Shown piece by piece: positions 38,944-48,851 of a stretch of 64,000 bases of DNA. The stretch covers positions 8,149-72,148 of IMG/VR virus record IMGVR_UViG_3300021185_002720; one strand, 5' to 3'. Within the stretch, counting starts at the first letter, position 1. Every line of letters starts with the position of its first letter. The notes below the pieces were generated by a model, which saw only the letters and a program-made list of their open reading frames with translations, did not search any database and was not told the DNA's origin. This DNA is from a virus. The translations under genes and the position numbers were made by a program.

Positions 38944-39338
38944 AAAAGTATTTAGCACAAGCAGCTTTCCAGTCATCATACAATCCAAATAAATTCTCTA
39001 TGTATATAGGAAGGTGGCAGCCTTGGCATGGAGGTCATAGATGGTTAATAGACCAGAGGTTAGAAGAAGGTAAGAATGTATGGATCGCTATTAGAGATAT
39101 TCCACCTGATGAGAAGAATCCTTGGACAGCTCAAGAGGTTTTAGTTAACTTAGGACATGAGCTTAAAGAGTTAATTGAACAAGGAAGAGTAAAATGTACT
39201 ATTGTTCCTGATATCGAATCAATTAATATAGGTAGAGGAGTAGGTTATGACGTCATAGAGCATTGCCCTCCTGATGATGTTAAGAATATATCAGCTACTA
39301 AAATTAGGGAACAGATGAAAAAAGACGGTAAATTATAA
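38940..39338 (+). CDS. HIGH-motif nucleotidyltransferase (candidate minimal sulfate adenylyltransferase)
   Basis: GRWQPWHGGH, ISATKIR; in the cysC cluster. Confidence 0.7.
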   Translation: MKKYLAQAAFQSSYNPNKFSMYIGRWQPWHGGHRWLIDQRLEEGKNVWIAIRDIPPDEKNPWTAQEVLVNLGHELKELIEQGRVKCTIVPDIESINIGRGVGYDVIEHCPPDDVKNISATKIREQMKKDGKL

Positions 39339-39339
39339 A

Positions 39340-39921
39340 ATGAAGACTTTAATTATCAACGCTTGTAGAACAGGTTCAACTACTCTGTATAACAATTTGC
39401 TAAAGGAAAGAAATTGCAAAGGGTATTTTAACCCATGGGCTACAGGTAAGGAAGATGATATACTTTGGTCTTTAGAGTCATTTGTTTTAAAGTGTGGAGT
39501 AATGTATAATCCTATTAGGCTTACTGAAGGTGGAAGTAAGGTTTACTTTCTACAGCAACAAGTTAATTGGTTTAAAGAATTAGCTGAAAAGTTTGATGAA
39601 GTAATATTACTCTCAAGAAAAAATACTACAGCTCATATTGAAAGCTTTATGCATTTGATTACTCACAGCACTCCAGACCAATATGAAGCAGCAGTAAAAG
39701 GAGATCCTTTAGCTCATACCTCTACGAGTCAATGGGTATATAATAAAGATGACTATGATAAAGATACTATAAGTAGAGCTCATGTAGATATATCAGATCA
39801 AAATAAAGTATTAAGAATGTTATCTAAGCAATTAGATATTCCTCTTAGTTACTATGAAGATTACTTTGACCCTAATGGTCCAAATAGATATAGGAAAATA
39901 AAAGGTAAGACCTTAATATAA
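39340..39921 (+). CDS. sulfotransferase-like protein
   Basis: NACRTGSTTL, LLSRKN...ES, YYED. Confidence 0.6.
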   Translation: MKTLIINACRTGSTTLYNNLLKERNCKGYFNPWATGKEDDILWSLESFVLKCGVMYNPIRLTEGGSKVYFLQQQVNWFKELAEKFDEVILLSRKNTTAHIESFMHLITHSTPDQYEAAVKGDPLAHTSTSQWVYNKDDYDKDTISRAHVDISDQNKVLRMLSKQLDIPLSYYEDYFDPNGPNRYRKIKGKTLI

Positions 39922-40145
39922 TGGTAAGTAGAAAAAGACATATACTTAAAACAGTTAGTTGGAGAATAATAGGAACAGTTGATACAATTGTTCTCTCTGG
40001 TTTTATAACAGGTTCGTGGAAATTTGGACTTGCTATAGGAGGAGTAGAAGTTATAACAAAAATGGTTCTTTATTATTTTCATGAAAGAGCCTGGTATAAA
40101 TTTAGTCGTTATGGAGTTAAAGGAAAAAATAAGTCAAGTAACTGA
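39921..40145 (+). CDS. DUF2061 family membrane protein
   Basis: RHILKTVSWRIIGTVDT, YYFHERAW. Confidence 0.85.
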   Translation: MVSRKRHILKTVSWRIIGTVDTIVLSGFITGSWKFGLAIGGVEVITKMVLYYFHERAWYKFSRYGVKGKNKSSN

Positions 40146-40902
40146 TAGTTACGAAAGAATTAAACTGTTAAAAGATGCTTGTAAAGGTGAAACAATTTAC
40201 CTAGTTACTTGTGGACCTTCTTTAACTACTCACAATAGAGAAAAACTTTTAGAAAAGCTAGACGGTAAGATAGTATTAGCAGCAAAGCAAGCTTACGAAT
40301 ATGTAAAAGAAGTAGCTACATTTCATTTGATGTCTGCATATTCATACCAACCTTACGAATACTATTCAGAAGATACAATCGTTCATTGGCAGCTAACAGC
40401 TATGAATATACCTGGTGAGTTAGAGAGAATAAATAATGAATGGAAACATAAAATGGATATTGCTATTCCTTGTTACTCTACTCCTTGGGTTGATATGAAT
40501 AATACAACAGCGTTTAGCAGAAGAATAGATCAGTTTGAAAAGTATAGCGAAGGACAGATTATTTGGGGTCCTGGTATAATGTATGAGTCTGGATTTCCTT
40601 TGGCTATGCATCTTGGTGCTAAAGAAATTGTTACTATAGGATGGGACATAGGAGATATATCTAAGTTTGAAAAGAAACATGGATACAAATTAGGGGATGA
40701 TAACTGGATAAAAGAACATGCAGATTCTTTATACAAAACTCATGCTGGATCTGGTCCTGATTATACTGAGTTGAGAGAAACTATAGACTGTACGAAAGAA
40801 ATGTATGATTATTTCTTGGATAAGAACATAAAAGTTCGTATCTTATCTAATAGTAACCCAGCTGATAAACGCTTTGAACGTATAACTTTAGATGAATTAT
40901 AA
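40111..40902 (+). CDS. Maf/DUF115-like glycosyltransferase
   Basis: YLVTCGPSL, LAMHLGAKEIVTIGWD. Confidence 0.55.
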   Translation: MELKEKISQVTDSYERIKLLKDACKGETIYLVTCGPSLTTHNREKLLEKLDGKIVLAAKQAYEYVKEVATFHLMSAYSYQPYEYYSEDTIVHWQLTAMNIPGELERINNEWKHKMDIAIPCYSTPWVDMNNTTAFSRRIDQFEKYSEGQIIWGPGIMYESGFPLAMHLGAKEIVTIGWDIGDISKFEKKHGYKLGDDNWIKEHADSLYKTHAGSGPDYTELRETIDCTKEMYDYFLDKNIKVRILSNSNPADKRFERITLDEL

Positions 40903-41707
40903 ACTAGCATTATATTGTAAAACATACCCAGGCGATTTTGATAGAGTCGCAGTGCTTATAGAGAGTATCAATAAACACAATGTAGATAATATACCTCTAT
41001 TTATTTCCTGTGAAGGTAAATTTAAAGATTTATTAGAAGCTAAGATAGGTACTGAAGCATATACCTTTATTGCTGATGAAGATTTATATATTCCTTCTAG
41101 ACAGATGGCAGGATGGGAACATCAAATGCTTGTTAAACTTAATGCATTCGAAGGTATAGCAACTGATAACCTATTAATATTAGATTCAGATGCATACTTT
41201 ATTAGAGACTTTTATGAAGCTGATTTTATAGCTTACGATAGTATCCCTTATACTATCATTCACGAAAACGTACAAGTATCAGAATATGAAGCTCTTTTAA
41301 AAGGAGGAGATTATTCTAAGACTGGATACGCAAAAGCTGTTCAAGCCTATAGGAGTATTTTTGGAGGTAAGTCAAATAGAGTTTATGACTATGGACCTAA
41401 TCCTCATTTATGGAATAGAAAAGTAATAGAAGACTTTAAAGTAAACTACTTACAACATAATAATTTATCTTTAGATGATTTTTGCTTTGGTATTAAACAG
41501 CAATTTGGTATACATTTTAGAGAGACTCTTACTTATGGAGAATATTTACTTGCTACTAAGGTAATAGATATAGTCCCTTGTGGTCCTTTATTTAAAGTTT
41601 ACCATTGGAAAGAGTTATATGATTTTGAATCTAAATTAGATTGGGTTAAAGAAGAAGAAATAAAGAAAACTTACTTAGGAATAATTAAACAAAGTAACTG
41701 GTCATGA
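40892..41707 (+). CDS. GT-A-like protein (DUF6492-like)
   Basis: KTYPGDFDR, GWEHQMLVKL, ILDSDAYFIR. Confidence 0.6.
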   Translation: MNYKLALYCKTYPGDFDRVAVLIESINKHNVDNIPLFISCEGKFKDLLEAKIGTEAYTFIADEDLYIPSRQMAGWEHQMLVKLNAFEGIATDNLLILDSDAYFIRDFYEADFIAYDSIPYTIIHENVQVSEYEALLKGGDYSKTGYAKAVQAYRSIFGGKSNRVYDYGPNPHLWNRKVIEDFKVNYLQHNNLSLDDFCFGIKQQFGIHFRETLTYGEYLLATKVIDIVPCGPLFKVYHWKELYDFESKLDWVKEEEIKKTYLGIIKQSNWS

Positions 41708-42582
41708 TAGTATATCAAGTACACCATATGTGGTATGAGTCTAACATGATTGATGAGTGTTGGCATTCACTACTAAATGCATTAAGAGCAGCACCAGACG
41801 TTGAAGTAAAGATAAAGATATGTTTTAACTTCCAAACTTATATAGAAGAACCTGAGGTAGAAGAGTTTGAATATATGCTTAAGAAGCATACTACACATCC
41901 TTTGTTTAGAGATTATAAACCTGAAGTTACAATTAAGACTAATGATGATCCATTTTACAATATAGCGGATTGGAGAAGAGAAGTATACGATACTAATGCT
42001 AAGTATACAGTATGGGGAGAAACAGATACAATATTACCTAGAGATATATTTGCAATACTAAACTCAGTTAATATAGATCAACCTCATGCTTTAACATTTG
42101 CTGGAAGACCAATGTGGGATGATAGTTGGGATGTAGTTACTCATGAAAAGTTAAGAGGGTATAGTAAACCTTGCCAATGTAATCCTCATAAAGATGATTG
42201 TATAGAATTATTAGAATCACCATGGAAGTATAAAGACTATATAACTCAAGAGGAGCTAGATAAATTTAACGATGAATCTGGTGATATAAAAATACAACAA
42301 GTACCTCACAAGTTAGACGGTAGCACTGTATGTCTATCAGGAGGAATAGAAACACCTTTTATAGCTCCTGGAATGCATTTTGTTAGAGAAGATACTTGTT
42401 TAGAGTATTTTTTAAGAGCTAAAGGTATCCCTCAAGTATGTATCACGACAAGACTTAAGGGGCATAATTACAAACACCCTCATAAAAGAGTTGGAACAAA
42501 TGCTACTAGAAACGATGAGGTATTTAAAAAGTACGCTGATGAATCAATAAAAGCGATGAATAAATTTTTAAGTGAACTATGA
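41704..42582 (+). CDS. putative glycosyltransferase
   Basis: WGETD and REDT motifs; position in the GT cluster. Confidence 0.5.
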   Translation: MIVYQVHHMWYESNMIDECWHSLLNALRAAPDVEVKIKICFNFQTYIEEPEVEEFEYMLKKHTTHPLFRDYKPEVTIKTNDDPFYNIADWRREVYDTNAKYTVWGETDTILPRDIFAILNSVNIDQPHALTFAGRPMWDDSWDVVTHEKLRGYSKPCQCNPHKDDCIELLESPWKYKDYITQEELDKFNDESGDIKIQQVPHKLDGSTVCLSGGIETPFIAPGMHFVREDTCLEYFLRAKGIPQVCITTRLKGHNYKHPHKRVGTNATRNDEVFKKYADESIKAMNKFLSEL

Positions 42583-43412
42583 TAACATTTTGTATAAGTA
42601 CATATAATAATCTACCATACCTTAAACTAGCAGTACAGTCTGTTAGAGCTCATTCATATTGGAAAGATGCTCCATTTATTATTCATGCTGAAAACTGTAC
42701 TGACGGTACTAATGAATGGTTAAGAGCTATGGCCGATCAATACAATTTAACTTACTATGTAGATGAGAATGATAATCCTAAAGGTATAGGAGGAGGAATG
42801 AACTTCTGTGCTGAGAAAGTTAAGACAGAATACATAATGTTTCTTCATTCAGACTTCTATGTTACTCCTAATTGGGATTTAGAGCTGATGAAAGTTCATG
42901 AAAAGTATGATGATGAAAAGCTATGGGTTAATTCATTTAGGATTGAACCTAATATGTTTAACGACTCAGATAGACCGGGTACTCATTTCGTACCTAAAGA
43001 AGCATTTGGAGCTTACCATGATGAGTTTAAAGATAAAGAATTAATAGAGTATGCTAGACAAATTGCAGAAGCTAATGACTTTGAAATCGCTAAAGGAGAA
43101 GGTGTTTCCGGACTTGTTAGAAAGTCTTGGTGGGATCATATTGGTGGCAACGATCCTTTATTTGCTCCTACTTCATGGGATGACTATGATTTGTTCCTCA
43201 GGATGTTAAACGAAGGAGGTAGGTTCTTAATGCCTACTAAATCTATAGTATGGCACTTTGGTGCTAGAGGTTCTCATAGGTTAGAAGAAAATAATAATAA
43301 ATCATCTGATAGGCAGCAAAAAGCTGAAGCAGCAAATGCTCAAAAGTTCTACAACAAATGGGGTGGAATGCCTAAAAAAGATATAAACGGAATGATATGC
43401 GGCATACAGTAA
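42579..43412 (+). CDS. GT2 glycosyltransferase
   Basis: ISTYNN, TDGT.EWL, FLHSD, GGNDPLF, DDYDLFLR. Confidence 0.85.
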   Translation: MITFCISTYNNLPYLKLAVQSVRAHSYWKDAPFIIHAENCTDGTNEWLRAMADQYNLTYYVDENDNPKGIGGGMNFCAEKVKTEYIMFLHSDFYVTPNWDLELMKVHEKYDDEKLWVNSFRIEPNMFNDSDRPGTHFVPKEAFGAYHDEFKDKELIEYARQIAEANDFEIAKGEGVSGLVRKSWWDHIGGNDPLFAPTSWDDYDLFLRMLNEGGRFLMPTKSIVWHFGARGSHRLEENNNKSSDRQQKAEAANAQKFYNKWGGMPKKDINGMICGIQ

Positions 43413-44530
43413 TTATACCTTCATATAATACATTACCTCATCTTAAAAATACTTACGAAAGTATCAAGCTTTGGGGTAAAGACGCAACTATAATTATTAT
43501 AGATGATGCATCAGAGGATGGTACTGCTGAATGGTTAGGTACCTTAAGAGATAAAATGCTTAAGATTATCATTAGCAAAGAGAGAAAAGGACATACATAT
43601 TGGTACGATGAAGGAATGAGGTTAGCTGAAACAGATATAGTTTCTATACTTCATTCAGATATGATTATAGGTCCAAATTACTTTGAGAACTTATTCAAAC
43701 ATTTAGAGAGAGGTAAAGTAGTATGTGCTACTAGAATAGAACCTCCTATTCATCCTGCTGGTAGAGAAAAGATAGTAAGAAACTTTGGTGATGAAGCTCA
43801 TAACTTTATGTGGGATGCTTTTAAGAAGTTTGTTATTCAGGAAAAAGCTGATAGTGTTAATGATACTACAAGAGGTATATTTGCTCCTTGGATGCTATAT
43901 AAAGAAGATCATTTATCAATAGGAGGACATGATCAAAGGTTCGCCCCATTTGGATACGAAGACTCAGACATTTTTAATAGATGGATTAATAATGGATATG
44001 AAATGATTCAATCTAGAGACTCATTAGTCTATCATATGACTTGTAGAGGACATAAATGGAACGCAGGAGTAGGAATAGAGAATCATGACTATAGAGAGAT
44101 AATGACTCGTTGTGAAAGAGAGTACCAACGTAAGTGGGGTGATTGGATACAAAATGATAATTACCAATACCCTATCATTTATCCAAAATATGATAAAGGA
44201 ATTATAATAAAGAATTGTAAACCAGAACTGATAGGACAGTTGGAACCTTGGGCGGATAATTTATATGTTGATATAGATTATAAATCTTATATAGAAACAG
44301 AGCAAACACGCACAGTCACAGACTTATACGATAGAATAAAGCCTTTCGATAATGAGAAACAAAACCATATATTAATCGAAGTAGACGGTAATACATTTAC
44401 GCAGCAGGATTATATTTATATTAGACAGTTAAGTGCTATTCTAAAACAAAATCAACCTAAGCCTGGAAGTGTTACATTAGGAAACCTTAACATTAACATT
44501 ATTAATTATGAAGAAAAAATACTTAGTTGA
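43397..44530 (+). CDS. GT2 glycosyltransferase
   Basis: IIPSYN, IDDASEDGT, LHSDM, GGHD.RF...EDSD. Confidence 0.85.
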   Translation: MRHTVIIPSYNTLPHLKNTYESIKLWGKDATIIIIDDASEDGTAEWLGTLRDKMLKIIISKERKGHTYWYDEGMRLAETDIVSILHSDMIIGPNYFENLFKHLERGKVVCATRIEPPIHPAGREKIVRNFGDEAHNFMWDAFKKFVIQEKADSVNDTTRGIFAPWMLYKEDHLSIGGHDQRFAPFGYEDSDIFNRWINNGYEMIQSRDSLVYHMTCRGHKWNAGVGIENHDYREIMTRCEREYQRKWGDWIQNDNYQYPIIYPKYDKGIIIKNCKPELIGQLEPWADNLYVDIDYKSYIETEQTRTVTDLYDRIKPFDNEKQNHILIEVDGNTFTQQDYIYIRQLSAILKQNQPKPGSVTLGNLNINIINYEEKILS

Positions 44531-44684
44531 GTTTACGTACGCAAGCGGAGACGTAGAAAAAATTGAATTAGAGACTGATAACATCGAATGGAGTATCAAT
44601 CAATTTACTCGAAACAGACATATTGTCAAGCATGAAATTATTAACGAAGGTAGTGCCAATAGTAAACAAATGCTATTCGGTTGA
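44508..44684 (+). CDS. small hypothetical protein, 58 aa, missing from the ORF track
   Basis: MKKKYLVEFTY...SKQMLFG. Confidence 0.55.
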   Translation: MKKKYLVEFTYASGDVEKIELETDNIEWSINQFTRNRHIVKHEIINEGSANSKQMLFG

Positions 44685-44707
44685 TATTTATATAAAAGAC
44701 TATAACA

Positions 44708-45085
44708 ATGAAAAAAATTGAAAAGTATATTAAGTCTCTTCTTTCTGAAGCAGCAAAGATTAATTTTGCAGGACATACATTTGTTCTTAAAATAGATACT
44801 AATGAAGATCCTCAAAAGAAAGGAGTAAAAGTACAATTTCTTCCTACCAAATTTGGCTCAATCACTTCTACAGAGCAGAATGATATTGCAATTGAGCTAG
44901 AAAAAAGACTAGAAGCTGGATTAGCAGAGTATGAACTTAGAGTAGAAAGAGATAGAAATTTAAAAGATAAAACAATTATAGGTTTTTTCATCTACATAGA
45001 GTATTTTGATAAGATAATTAGAAAAGCATTATCAGGTCAAAACCCAAGAACAGATATAGAAGAAACTCCAGGATCAGAAATCTAA
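44708..45085 (+). CDS. hypothetical protein (possible virion protein)
   Basis: TATTTATA box upstream; N-terminal IKSLLSE. Confidence 0.6.
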   Translation: MKKIEKYIKSLLSEAAKINFAGHTFVLKIDTNEDPQKKGVKVQFLPTKFGSITSTEQNDIAIELEKRLEAGLAEYELRVERDRNLKDKTIIGFFIYIEYFDKIIRKALSGQNPRTDIEETPGSEI

Positions 45086-45092
45086 AAAATAT

Positions 45093-45251
45093 ATGGCAGG
45101 TTATAAATTTTATGTTAAGAACGATATTAAGAAAGAAGCTATTACCTCTTGGCCAGCAGAAAGTAAAGAACATGCAATAGCTAACTTTGCTAAAATGAAA
45201 CAGATGTCAATTGAAAGCTTCAATAAAATTTTTGAAGTAGAAAAGATATGA
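45093..45251 (+). CDS. small hypothetical protein, 52 aa, missing from the ORF track
   Basis: MAGYKFYVKND...AIANFAKMKQMSIESFNKIFEV. Confidence 0.55.
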   Translation: MAGYKFYVKNDIKKEAITSWPAESKEHAIANFAKMKQMSIESFNKIFEVEKI

Positions 45252-45652
45252 AGGAACCAAAAAAAGTATTACGAGCAACTTTATATTCAATACATAAACT
45301 AGGATATAGAATTAAAACTATAACTCCAGACAAAGTTACTATGACTAAATTAGCATTTATTAGAATAATGAGACATCTGAAAGATATCGAGGATAGGAGA
45401 GATTTTATGAGTGCAGAAATAGGAATGGATATGACTACATACGAAGATAAATTCTTTTCAGTTATAGAAGACCTATTGAAATTAGTATTCAATAAAGAGC
45501 AATTAGGACTTATCCAAATGTATCTATTCCAATTGCATCCTGATAAAGATTGGGATGGTACTATTACTATACAAAAAGGAAAACAAGAGAAGGTTGTTGC
45601 CTTTAAAACACCTGAACAAGTATGGGATGTTATTAGCGAAATAGCTAGTTAA
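45248..45652 (+). CDS. hypothetical protein
   Basis: Coupled ORF. Confidence 0.6.
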   Translation: MKEPKKVLRATLYSIHKLGYRIKTITPDKVTMTKLAFIRIMRHLKDIEDRRDFMSAEIGMDMTTYEDKFFSVIEDLLKLVFNKEQLGLIQMYLFQLHPDKDWDGTITIQKGKQEKVVAFKTPEQVWDVISEIAS

Positions 45653-45654
45653 AA

Positions 45655-45709
45655 AGTTGCCTCCCTGCGTATTTTTTCTTATATTTAGTATAAATAAAAT
45701 AAAAGTTAT
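45655..45709 (+). promoter_or_regulatory. class I promoter, AGTTGCCTCCCTGCGT subfamily
   Basis: TTG 45657, TATATTTA 45680; identical core at 54804 and 57091. Confidence 0.75.
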
Positions 45710-46066
45710 ATGAATCTACAAAATCTAAAAATGATTCCATGCCCGAAGTGTGGAGATCCCTACCCTGAGTTAAGGAAAACTAAATACGGATACAACTTCT
45801 GTGTTAATTGTTCAACAGTAGAATCTGTTGTTGGTATTACTACTGTCGAAGGTACAGGGGATCATACCTATAATGATATAATCATTATGGATGCAGCAAA
45901 AGCTAGAAGAATAGCCGCTGCAGAAGCTGAAATGAAAGGAGATAAAAAAGGTCTGCTTGAAATTTTAGACTATGATGAAGTAGATAGAGATGAGAATGCT
46001 GTCTCACAATCAATTAAAGACAACGTAGCTGCAAATCAAGACCCCGACTTAGGCGAAAACTTCTAA
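45710..46066 (+). CDS. C4 zinc-finger protein (DksA/TraR-like finger)
   Basis: CPKCG..YP.LR......FCVNC. Confidence 0.6.
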   Translation: MNLQNLKMIPCPKCGDPYPELRKTKYGYNFCVNCSTVESVVGITTVEGTGDHTYNDIIIMDAAKARRIAAAEAEMKGDKKGLLEILDYDEVDRDENAVSQSIKDNVAANQDPDLGENF

Positions 46067-46696
46067 ATGGCTAGACCTTCCAAGATAATAACAAAGGAAG
46101 ATATCCTTAGAGCTCAGAAGATGACTCGATCTAATATGGCAGCAGCCAGGTACCTTCATGTATCTTATAATCATTATAAGAAGTACGCAAAAATGTACAA
46201 GAATGAAGAAGGAGTTAATCTTCTGGAAGCTCATAAGAATCAAGCTGGTGAAGGTATTCCTAAATTTGCTTTAGCTGGTAAGGATAAAATTCCTTTAATG
46301 GATTTGTTAGAAGGTAGAGTTCCAATAGAACATTTTGATGCTAGAAAGATAAAACAGAGACTAATCTTTGAAGGTCTTATAGAAGAGAAATGTAATAGAT
46401 GTGGATTCTCAGAAAGAAGAGTTACAGACTTAAAAGTACCAATTATACTTAATTTTAAAGATAAAAATAAAAAAAATTGGAATCTTGATAACATTGAGTT
46501 TCTCTGTTACAATTGCTCCTTCCTATATGGCGAATCGCCTATCGAAGAGAAACAAGCAGAGGCAATGGAAGACTACGTCAAAACTAAGAAAGATGAACCT
46601 GATTGGGAGATGAATCAAGCTCATATAGATCACTTAAAAGATTTAGGGTTATATGACGAAGAAGAAGACGGAAGTGAATATATCTCAAGGCTTTAA
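46067..46696 (+). CDS. HNH-like zinc-binding protein with N-terminal HTH-like region
   Basis: CNRCG...LNFKDKNKKNW.LDNIEFLCYNC; the catalytic His appears replaced. Confidence 0.6.
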   Translation: MARPSKIITKEDILRAQKMTRSNMAAARYLHVSYNHYKKYAKMYKNEEGVNLLEAHKNQAGEGIPKFALAGKDKIPLMDLLEGRVPIEHFDARKIKQRLIFEGLIEEKCNRCGFSERRVTDLKVPIILNFKDKNKKNWNLDNIEFLCYNCSFLYGESPIEEKQAEAMEDYVKTKKDEPDWEMNQAHIDHLKDLGLYDEEEDGSEYISRL

Positions 46697-46708
46697 CTAT
46701 TTATAATC

Positions 46709-46861
46709 ATGGCTAAGAAAAAAAATAATAAATTTTCTACCTGGAAAAAGAAGAAACCCCTCGAAAGAAAAGTTGCTGATGACCTTGTAAAGCAACATGA
46801 ACGTAATGAAAAGTTACGAGAAAAAAGGATAGGAACTAGCTTCCTCGATATGTTTAACTAA
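46709..46861 (+). CDS. small basic protein, 50 aa, missing from the ORF track
   Basis: MAKKKNNKF...; TATTTATA box immediately upstream. Confidence 0.55.
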   Translation: MAKKKNNKFSTWKKKKPLERKVADDLVKQHERNEKLREKRIGTSFLDMFN

Positions 46862-46870
46862 AACTATTAT

Positions 46871-47464
46871 ATGAATAAATTTCGAACAATTATTTTGTGT
46901 GCTATAACTATGTTTAGTGTTATGGCTTTCACTACAGTAAAGAAGCGATTTGCAATCATCAAACCAATAGAATTAGAACCACAACCTGCAATCATAATAG
47001 AAAATAAAATCCCAGAAGTAGAACTAGAAATAGTCATCAAAGGACATGAAGAGTTCCTTGAAGCTATTGGTCATAGAGAATCTGGTAATAGATATACTAT
47101 TGTAAATAAGTATGGGTATATGGGTAGGTATCAATTTGGTAAATCGACTCTAAAAGGACTAGGATTTAAAGTAACGAAGGATGAATTCCTTAACAGTCCG
47201 TACATACAGGAAAAGGCTATGCAAAAACTTTTGTTGCATAATCGAAAAAGACTTCGTAAATTAATAGATGAACACTGTGGAACTGTAGTACATGGAGTGT
47301 ACATAACAGAATCAGGGTTACTTGCTGCAGCTCATTTAGGAGGAGCAGGAAGTGTTAGAAAATGGTTTAGAACTGGAAAAGTTAGAAAAGATGGATTTGG
47401 TACAAAGATTACCTCTTACATGATCCAGTTCAACGGTTATACATTAGATTTAAATGGAGTATAA
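46871..47464 (+). CDS. lysozyme-like/lytic transglycosylase with N-terminal membrane anchor
   Basis: AIGHRESGNRY, GYMGRYQFG, LAAAHLGGAG. Confidence 0.75.
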   Translation: MNKFRTIILCAITMFSVMAFTTVKKRFAIIKPIELEPQPAIIIENKIPEVELEIVIKGHEEFLEAIGHRESGNRYTIVNKYGYMGRYQFGKSTLKGLGFKVTKDEFLNSPYIQEKAMQKLLLHNRKRLRKLIDEHCGTVVHGVYITESGLLAAAHLGGAGSVRKWFRTGKVRKDGFGTKITSYMIQFNGYTLDLNGV

Positions 47465-48191
47465 AAGAGTAATAATTTTAGGAGACTCACATGCTAGAGG
47501 AGATGGAGCTGAATGGCCAGGAATATATGGTCATTTAGGTCCTATTCCTCATGAGTATAGAGCAAATACATGGAAATTAAAAGTAAAAACAGCTAAACCA
47601 GAGGAGTACCCTAAACTTCATCAAGAGTTTTACGGTGCTCTGTATGAAAAGTTAGTAAAGAATAGTGAAGAAGTACTTAAGTTACGTAAGACTCAATCGT
47701 GGGGAGCACATTTTGCTAAGCTTATACCTAATTGTAAGTATGAAAATTACAGTACTAAAGATAATGAAATAGAATCAGTACTTCCTTTCTTCAAAGGCAA
47801 CTGTGAAGATATGGACTTGAGAGATAGTTTAGTTATTTTAGGAGTTGGTAACTCTGGTGCTAACATAACATTCAGACAAAATGGAACTAAACTAAAAAAT
47901 ATAAGTGTAGTACATATTGCTCAATCGATTATGCTTATAAAGGAGTTTGTAGAAAATAGAGGAGGTCATTTAGTTGTAATACATCCAGAAGAGTTTCCAG
48001 AAAGCTTATATGACCCAGAACTTAATCCCTATTGGATAGACTTAAGTCCTTTACTAATACATGAGGGTAATTTTGAATCGATGTTAGGTACAGGTTTGTA
48101 TTGGAGAAGATTTGATGGAAGACATTATGATGCAGGAGTACAGAAAGTTTTAGGGCAGAATATCTTCAATTTAGTTGCAGATATGCATTAA
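47454..48191 (+). CDS. SGNH/GDSL-like protein
   Basis: ILGDSHARG at the N-terminus, DGRH near the C-terminus. Confidence 0.55.
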   Translation: MEYKRVIILGDSHARGDGAEWPGIYGHLGPIPHEYRANTWKLKVKTAKPEEYPKLHQEFYGALYEKLVKNSEEVLKLRKTQSWGAHFAKLIPNCKYENYSTKDNEIESVLPFFKGNCEDMDLRDSLVILGVGNSGANITFRQNGTKLKNISVVHIAQSIMLIKEFVENRGGHLVVIHPEEFPESLYDPELNPYWIDLSPLLIHEGNFESMLGTGLYWRRFDGRHYDAGVQKVLGQNIFNLVADMH

Positions 48192-48222
48192 TTTTCTTAT
48201 ATTTAGATATAAAATAAAGGTT

Positions 48223-48552
48223 ATGGCAGAAAAAAGAGGACATTTAGAAAAGATGCGATATGACTTTCCTACTGAAGCAGTACTGGAAGTTAAGATTAAA
48301 GATAAATGGTATAGAACTACCTCTAGAGAATTTAGATCTTTCGATGGTCATAGACGATACACTAAACCAGAACGTCAACCAGGTTTAGGTATGAAAGATA
48401 TGAAAGATATTAAATGGATAACTGTTGACTGTGATAATCTTCCGCTCTATATGTTCGGTACTAATATTGCAGTAGAGAGAGAATGGAATGAAAAGATAGT
48501 TAACAGTCCATATTACGAAGAAACTAACGCAACATCAGCAAGCAGAGGGTAA
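48223..48552 (+). CDS. hypothetical protein
   Basis: Starts at AAAGGTTATG behind the class I promoter at 48175-48205. Confidence 0.65.
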   Translation: MAEKRGHLEKMRYDFPTEAVLEVKIKDKWYRTTSREFRSFDGHRRYTKPERQPGLGMKDMKDIKWITVDCDNLPLYMFGTNIAVEREWNEKIVNSPYYEETNATSASRG

Positions 48553-48851
48553 TGAAAAAGATACAATTTGAAAACGCAGCAGAGTTTGAAACATTATTCA
48601 AAAGAAAAACTGAAGAAGTAACAGATGCTATAGTAGAGTCTATTGAACAAGCTATTACAGATAGAAAAAAAGTAGCTGATTTGTTTGAAGTAAGCTTCGT
48701 TAACGTTGAAGAGGCATTTATTATTTCACTTAACCGCTCGCAATGGGTTACAGCTTTAAATTCCTGCTTAGATCACTACCATGAAAACTCTAGTGATCCA
48801 GACAAAGCTATTGATACATGGAAGTTATTAGAAATAGCTAAGGTATATTAA
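48552..48851 (+). CDS. hypothetical protein
   Basis: Coupled ORF. Confidence 0.6.
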   Translation: MKKIQFENAAEFETLFKRKTEEVTDAIVESIEQAITDRKKVADLFEVSFVNVEEAFIISLNRSQWVTALNSCLDHYHENSSDPDKAIDTWKLLEIAKVY

